The notes below the pieces were generated by a model. That model was not told the DNA's origin, ran no database searches, and saw only the letters and a list, made by a program, of their open reading frames with translations. From assembly GCA_964455085.1 (NCBI GenBank), contig CAYVYJ010000007.1, positions 4,277-68,276 of the forward strand: a stretch of DNA of 64,000 nucleotides, written 5' to 3'. This document shows, piece by piece, positions 61,119 to 64,000 of this stretch. Position numbers and translations under genes: made by a program. Positions within the stretch are counted from its first letter, which is position 1. Every line of letters starts with the position of its first letter. Origin of the DNA: an uncultured Planctomycetia bacterium (GTDB lineage Bacteria > Omnitrophota > Gorgyraeia > Duberdicusellales > 4484-171).

Positions 61119-62411
61119 CTACCCTCTTTTTTTCTTTAACACCCTTGCCGGAACACCCACTACTACTGTATTGGGTTCAACATTTTTAGTCACCACACTT
61201 CCGGCACCAGTAATCGCACCCCTACCAACTTTAACCGGAGCCACTAAGACAGTATCACACCCAATAAAAGCATACTTTTTAATATCGGTCCTCTGCTTGG
61301 ATTTACCATCATAATTAGCTACTACAGTCCCGGCACCGATATTAACCCCTTCGGCTATCTGTGTATCGCCCAAATAGCCAAAGTGCTTTATTCTCACCTT
61401 CTTTCCTACTTGAGTGCGGTTTATTTCCAGGAAATTGCCCACCTGAGTATTATCCCCAACAGAGCTGCCTTTTCTTAAACGTAGGTATGGCCCCAGGGAA
61501 CAATTGTTGCCAATTATAACACCTTTCTCGATGAAGGTAAAGGGGTAAATTAGAGTATTCTTGCCAATTGTTACCCCGCTTTCGATAAAGGTAGTTTCGG
61601 GATCAATAATCTTAACTCCCTTCTGGGAAAGTTCTTCTAAGACCCTCTGGCGCATAATTTTAGCTGCTTTCCAAAGGTCTTTTTGGGTATTTATGCCAAT
61701 GATTTCTCCAGAACTATCCAAAAGGTAAGTATCGATTTTCTCCCGTTGGTTATAAAGAATTTCCACTATATCAGTAAGAAAATACTCATTTTTCCTCTTA
61801 TTTTTAGTTATTAGGGATAAGTTCTGTTTCAGGAGCTGACGCTTAAAACAATATATTCCGCTATTTACCTCCTGATTGGTAAGCCTTGAGTTTTTTCCCC
61901 GGGCACTGCCCAGAGCAGTCTTGGCCTTCTCTTGGATAGCTTTAAGCTTCCCTTTCTTATCTCGTACAATAACCCCTAGTGAATTATCATCAGCCTCATT
62001 AGCAGTAATTACGGAGCATGATAGTCTTCTTCTAATAAAAGAAGAAATAAAAGCTTTCAGGGTTTCGGCTCTAATTAGAGACGTATCAGCACAAAGGACT
62101 AAGACATTCTTATGCTTTATCTTTTTGGCGGCCACAGCCAAAGCATTAGCTGTTCCTAACCTTCTGGGCTGATAGACAAATTTTATCTTGGCCCCAGCCG
62201 AAAAACATTTTTTTACTTCCCTCTCAACCATTTTCCCTTTATGCCCTACGATAACAATAATCTCTTTGAGGTATCGCTTTAATTGTAATACTTCCTTTAA
62301 AGGGTAAAAGATTAGGGGCGACCCGATTAAATCATAGACAGCTTTGGGGAAAGTTGACTTCATCCTCTTACCCTCTCCACCGGCTAAAATTACTACACTA
62401 AAGTTTTCCAT
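61119..62411 (-). CDS. glmU: Bifunctional UDP-GlcNAc pyrophosphorylase/glucosamine-1-P acetyltransferase
   Basis: VILAGGEGKRMKS, EVNSGIY, EYFLTD, NIGAGTVVANYDG; start at ATG 62411. Confidence 0.93.
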   Translation of the reverse strand: MENFSVVILAGGEGKRMKSTFPKAVYDLIGSPLIFYPLKEVLQLKRYLKEIIVIVGHKGKMVEREVKKCFSAGAKIKFVYQPRRLGTANALAVAAKKIKHKNVLVLCADTSLIRAETLKAFISSFIRRRLSCSVITANEADDNSLGVIVRDKKGKLKAIQEKAKTALGSARGKNSRLTNQEVNSGIYCFKRQLLKQNLSLITKNKRKNEYFLTDIVEILYNQREKIDTYLLDSSGEIIGINTQKDLWKAAKIMRQRVLEELSQKGVKIIDPETTFIESGVTIGKNTLIYPFTFIEKGVIIGNNCSLGPYLRLRKGSSVGDNTQVGNFLEINRTQVGKKVRIKHFGYLGDTQIAEGVNIGAGTVVANYDGKSKQRTDIKKYAFIGCDTVLVAPVKVGRGAITGAGSVVTKNVEPNTVVVGVPARVLKKKRG

Positions 62412-62441
62412 AATTACCTCTTTTAAGCTACCTTTGAATTT

Positions 62442-62516
62442 TGGTTGCCCGGTGAGGACTCGAACCTCAAAACTCAGCTCCAAAAGCTGATGTGTTACCG
62501 ATTACACTACCGGGCA
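62442..62516 (-). tRNA. tRNA-Gln(TTG), CCA encoded
   Basis: TGCCCGGTAGTGTAATCGGTAACACATCAGCTTTTGGAGCTGAGTTTTGAGGTTCGAGTCCTCACCGGGCAACCA; U1-A72, anticodon TTG. Confidence 0.95.
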
Positions 62517-62578
62517 GTTACTTTTAGATTATGAGTTAGCGTACTTTTTAATTTTATGCCTACCCTTAAATCTGCTCT

Positions 62579-63004
62579 CTACTCTGTGCCGCTTGTCTCC
62601 TCGGTTGTAGTCTTTTCCTTGATTGTCTCACTGCGCGGTGATGATTTTTCATCATGGTAAGCATCCAAAACTTTGCTCTGCAAGTAATCCCTGAATTCCT
62701 GGTTGATCGGGTGTGCTAAATCTTGATGTGTCGTGTGCCGGTTATCATCTGATTCCCGAGGAGAAGGAGGTAATTGCACGCCGCAATGATTGCAATGTTG
62801 GCTGCCAACATCAATTTTTTTGCCGCAACGAGGACAAAACTGTTTTAACTTCCTTGCCGGCATTGCAACAAATAAACCGTTATTACCTTCAATGACCTTA
62901 ATATTTCTTACCACAAAAGAATTATCAAAGGTAATTGTTGCATAAGCCTTAAGTCTCTTGCCCTCACTTTCTCGAAGCGAAACTCTGACTTCTGTAATCT
63001 CCAT
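62579..63004 (-). CDS. spoVG: SpoVG family protein with zinc-ribbon insertion
   Basis: MEITEVRV, LKAYATITFD..FVVRNIKVIEG..GLFVAMP, CPRC..CNHC insert, DLAHPINQEFR. Confidence 0.92.
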   Translation of the reverse strand: MEITEVRVSLRESEGKRLKAYATITFDNSFVVRNIKVIEGNNGLFVAMPARKLKQFCPRCGKKIDVGSQHCNHCGVQLPPSPRESDDNRHTTHQDLAHPINQEFRDYLQSKVLDAYHDEKSSPRSETIKEKTTTEETSGTE

Positions 63005-63034
63005 AGAACTTACCTCCTTTAGTTATCAGATGCC

Positions 63035-63928
63035 TTAAAATGTCTTAGCCACAAACATCAGCCAATTGTCTTTTGCCAAATTTTTTATTTTTGACAGAGA
63101 AAAATTGTCAAAGATTGTGTAAAGAGCGCTCCCGGAACCGGTTACCGTGGTGAAAATACCTTCTCCAGCCAAGAGTGTTTTTGCACTTCTTAACTCCTTA
63201 CAAATAGAGAGCGCGCTTGACTCTAAAGCATTGAAAATATTCTTCTTAATTAAAGTAATATCTCCTTTCTTTAGAGCATACCGCAATATCTTAGCATTAT
63301 TAAAAAATTTTGTCAATTTTACTCTCGAGTTCCCATAAACCTTCTTTGTAGATAGGGATATTCCCGGCCAGATAATAAGATGACGGAATTTAGACTTTGC
63401 TTTAAAAGGGTTTACTTTCTCGCCCTTCCCCTCAAGAAAAGCAAATTGGCTCTCAGAGAGGAAAAAATTGACATCACTACCAAGTTTTGGGCCTAATCGA
63501 TAGAGCTCATTCGGCTTTAAACCCAATTTAAACAGTTCGTTTATCCCTAAGAGGGTACTGGCAGCATTAGAAGAACCTCCTCCTAAACCAGCCCCGATAG
63601 GAATATTCTTCTTAAGAAAAATATCAAAACCAAAAGGAATCTTAAATTTCTTTTGCAGAAGTTGTGCAGCCTTAAATACAAGATTCCCACTGGTTTCCAG
63701 GCTCTTATTGTTTGAAGATATCTTTATTGTCGGGTCTGGCTGGATTCTGATTGAGATCTGATCAGCTAATGAGATGCGTTCAACAATACTCTCTATACGA
63801 TGAAACCCATTTGAATACTTATCCTTTATATTAAGGTAAAGGTTTATTTTGGCGGGACTTAAAACTCTAATCTTACTACCGCAACAACTTTTCTGCTTTC
63901 TCAGCGACAAAATTAGCGGAGAGGCCAT
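63035..63928 (-). CDS. ispE: 4-diphosphocytidyl-2-C-methyl-D-erythritol kinase
   Basis: SPAKINLYL, KNIPIGAGLGGGSSNAA, LGSDV, TGSGS; start uncertain. Confidence 0.95.
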   Translation of the reverse strand: MASPLILSLRKQKSCCGSKIRVLSPAKINLYLNIKDKYSNGFHRIESIVERISLADQISIRIQPDPTIKISSNNKSLETSGNLVFKAAQLLQKKFKIPFGFDIFLKKNIPIGAGLGGGSSNAASTLLGINELFKLGLKPNELYRLGPKLGSDVNFFLSESQFAFLEGKGEKVNPFKAKSKFRHLIIWPGISLSTKKVYGNSRVKLTKFFNNAKILRYALKKGDITLIKKNIFNALESSALSICKELRSAKTLLAGEGIFTTVTGSGSALYTIFDNFSLSKIKNLAKDNWLMFVAKTF

Positions 63929-64000
63929 AAAAATCCATCAACTCCTGAGGTGAACCGGATTGACCAAACTCATCCTCTACCCCTACACGCTCCACTTGCG
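63876..64000 (-). CDS. 3' end of transketolase C-terminal-domain protein (partial)
   Basis: Hand translation QVERVGVEDEFGQSGSPQELMDFYGLSANFVAEKAEKLLR*. Confidence 0.8.
   Translation of the reverse strand, partial: QVERVGVEDEFGQSGSPQELMDFYGLSANFVAEKAEKLLR

Noticed and set aside
62412-62483. N-terminal extension of GlmU in the ORF track
   Set aside because: Overlaps tRNA-Gln; SD GAGGT precedes ATG 62411
45412-63004. splB-like, spoIID-like and spoVG as evidence of sporulation
   Set aside because: All three families occur widely in non-sporulating diderms; no spo0A, sporulation sigma factors or SASP genes are in the window

Overview
Gene-dense, housekeeping-rich chromosome segment from a diderm (LPS-producing) bacterium using the standard code. 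The combination of LpxC-FabZ fusion, zinc-ribbon SpoVG, TMTC-like protein, PilX-like pilin and Na+-PPase suggests the PVC group, most likely Candidatus Omnitrophota; this is inferred, not verified. About 65 genes lie on the minus strand and only one (an SplB-family radical SAM gene) on the plus strand. Content: tRNA-Thr-rpmG-tRNA-Trp-secE-nusG-rplK-rplA-rplJ, ligA, fmt, priA, uvrA, cofactor genes, hppA, serA, tig-clpP, the Kdo/Lpt cluster, bamA-skp-lpxD-lpxC/fabZ-lpxA-lpxI, dnaB, rpsF-ssb-rpsR-rplI, glmU-prs-rplY-pth, spoVG and ispE. No CRISPR array, prophage, rRNA or transposase was seen. The best candidate for an undescribed system is a tightly coupled operon: large periplasmic TPR protein, ExbB, ExbD, a highly divergent TonB/TolA-like protein, a membrane Zn-finger, a winged-helix protein and a PilX-like pilin. 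Other points of interest are an apparently helicase-dead PriA with an SSB lacking its DDIPF tip, a trigger factor missing its PPIase domain, an LptC-LptA fusion, a nested palindromic repeat with an apparent 5-bp target-site duplication, and a 162-bp segment bounded by 15-bp inverted repeats.
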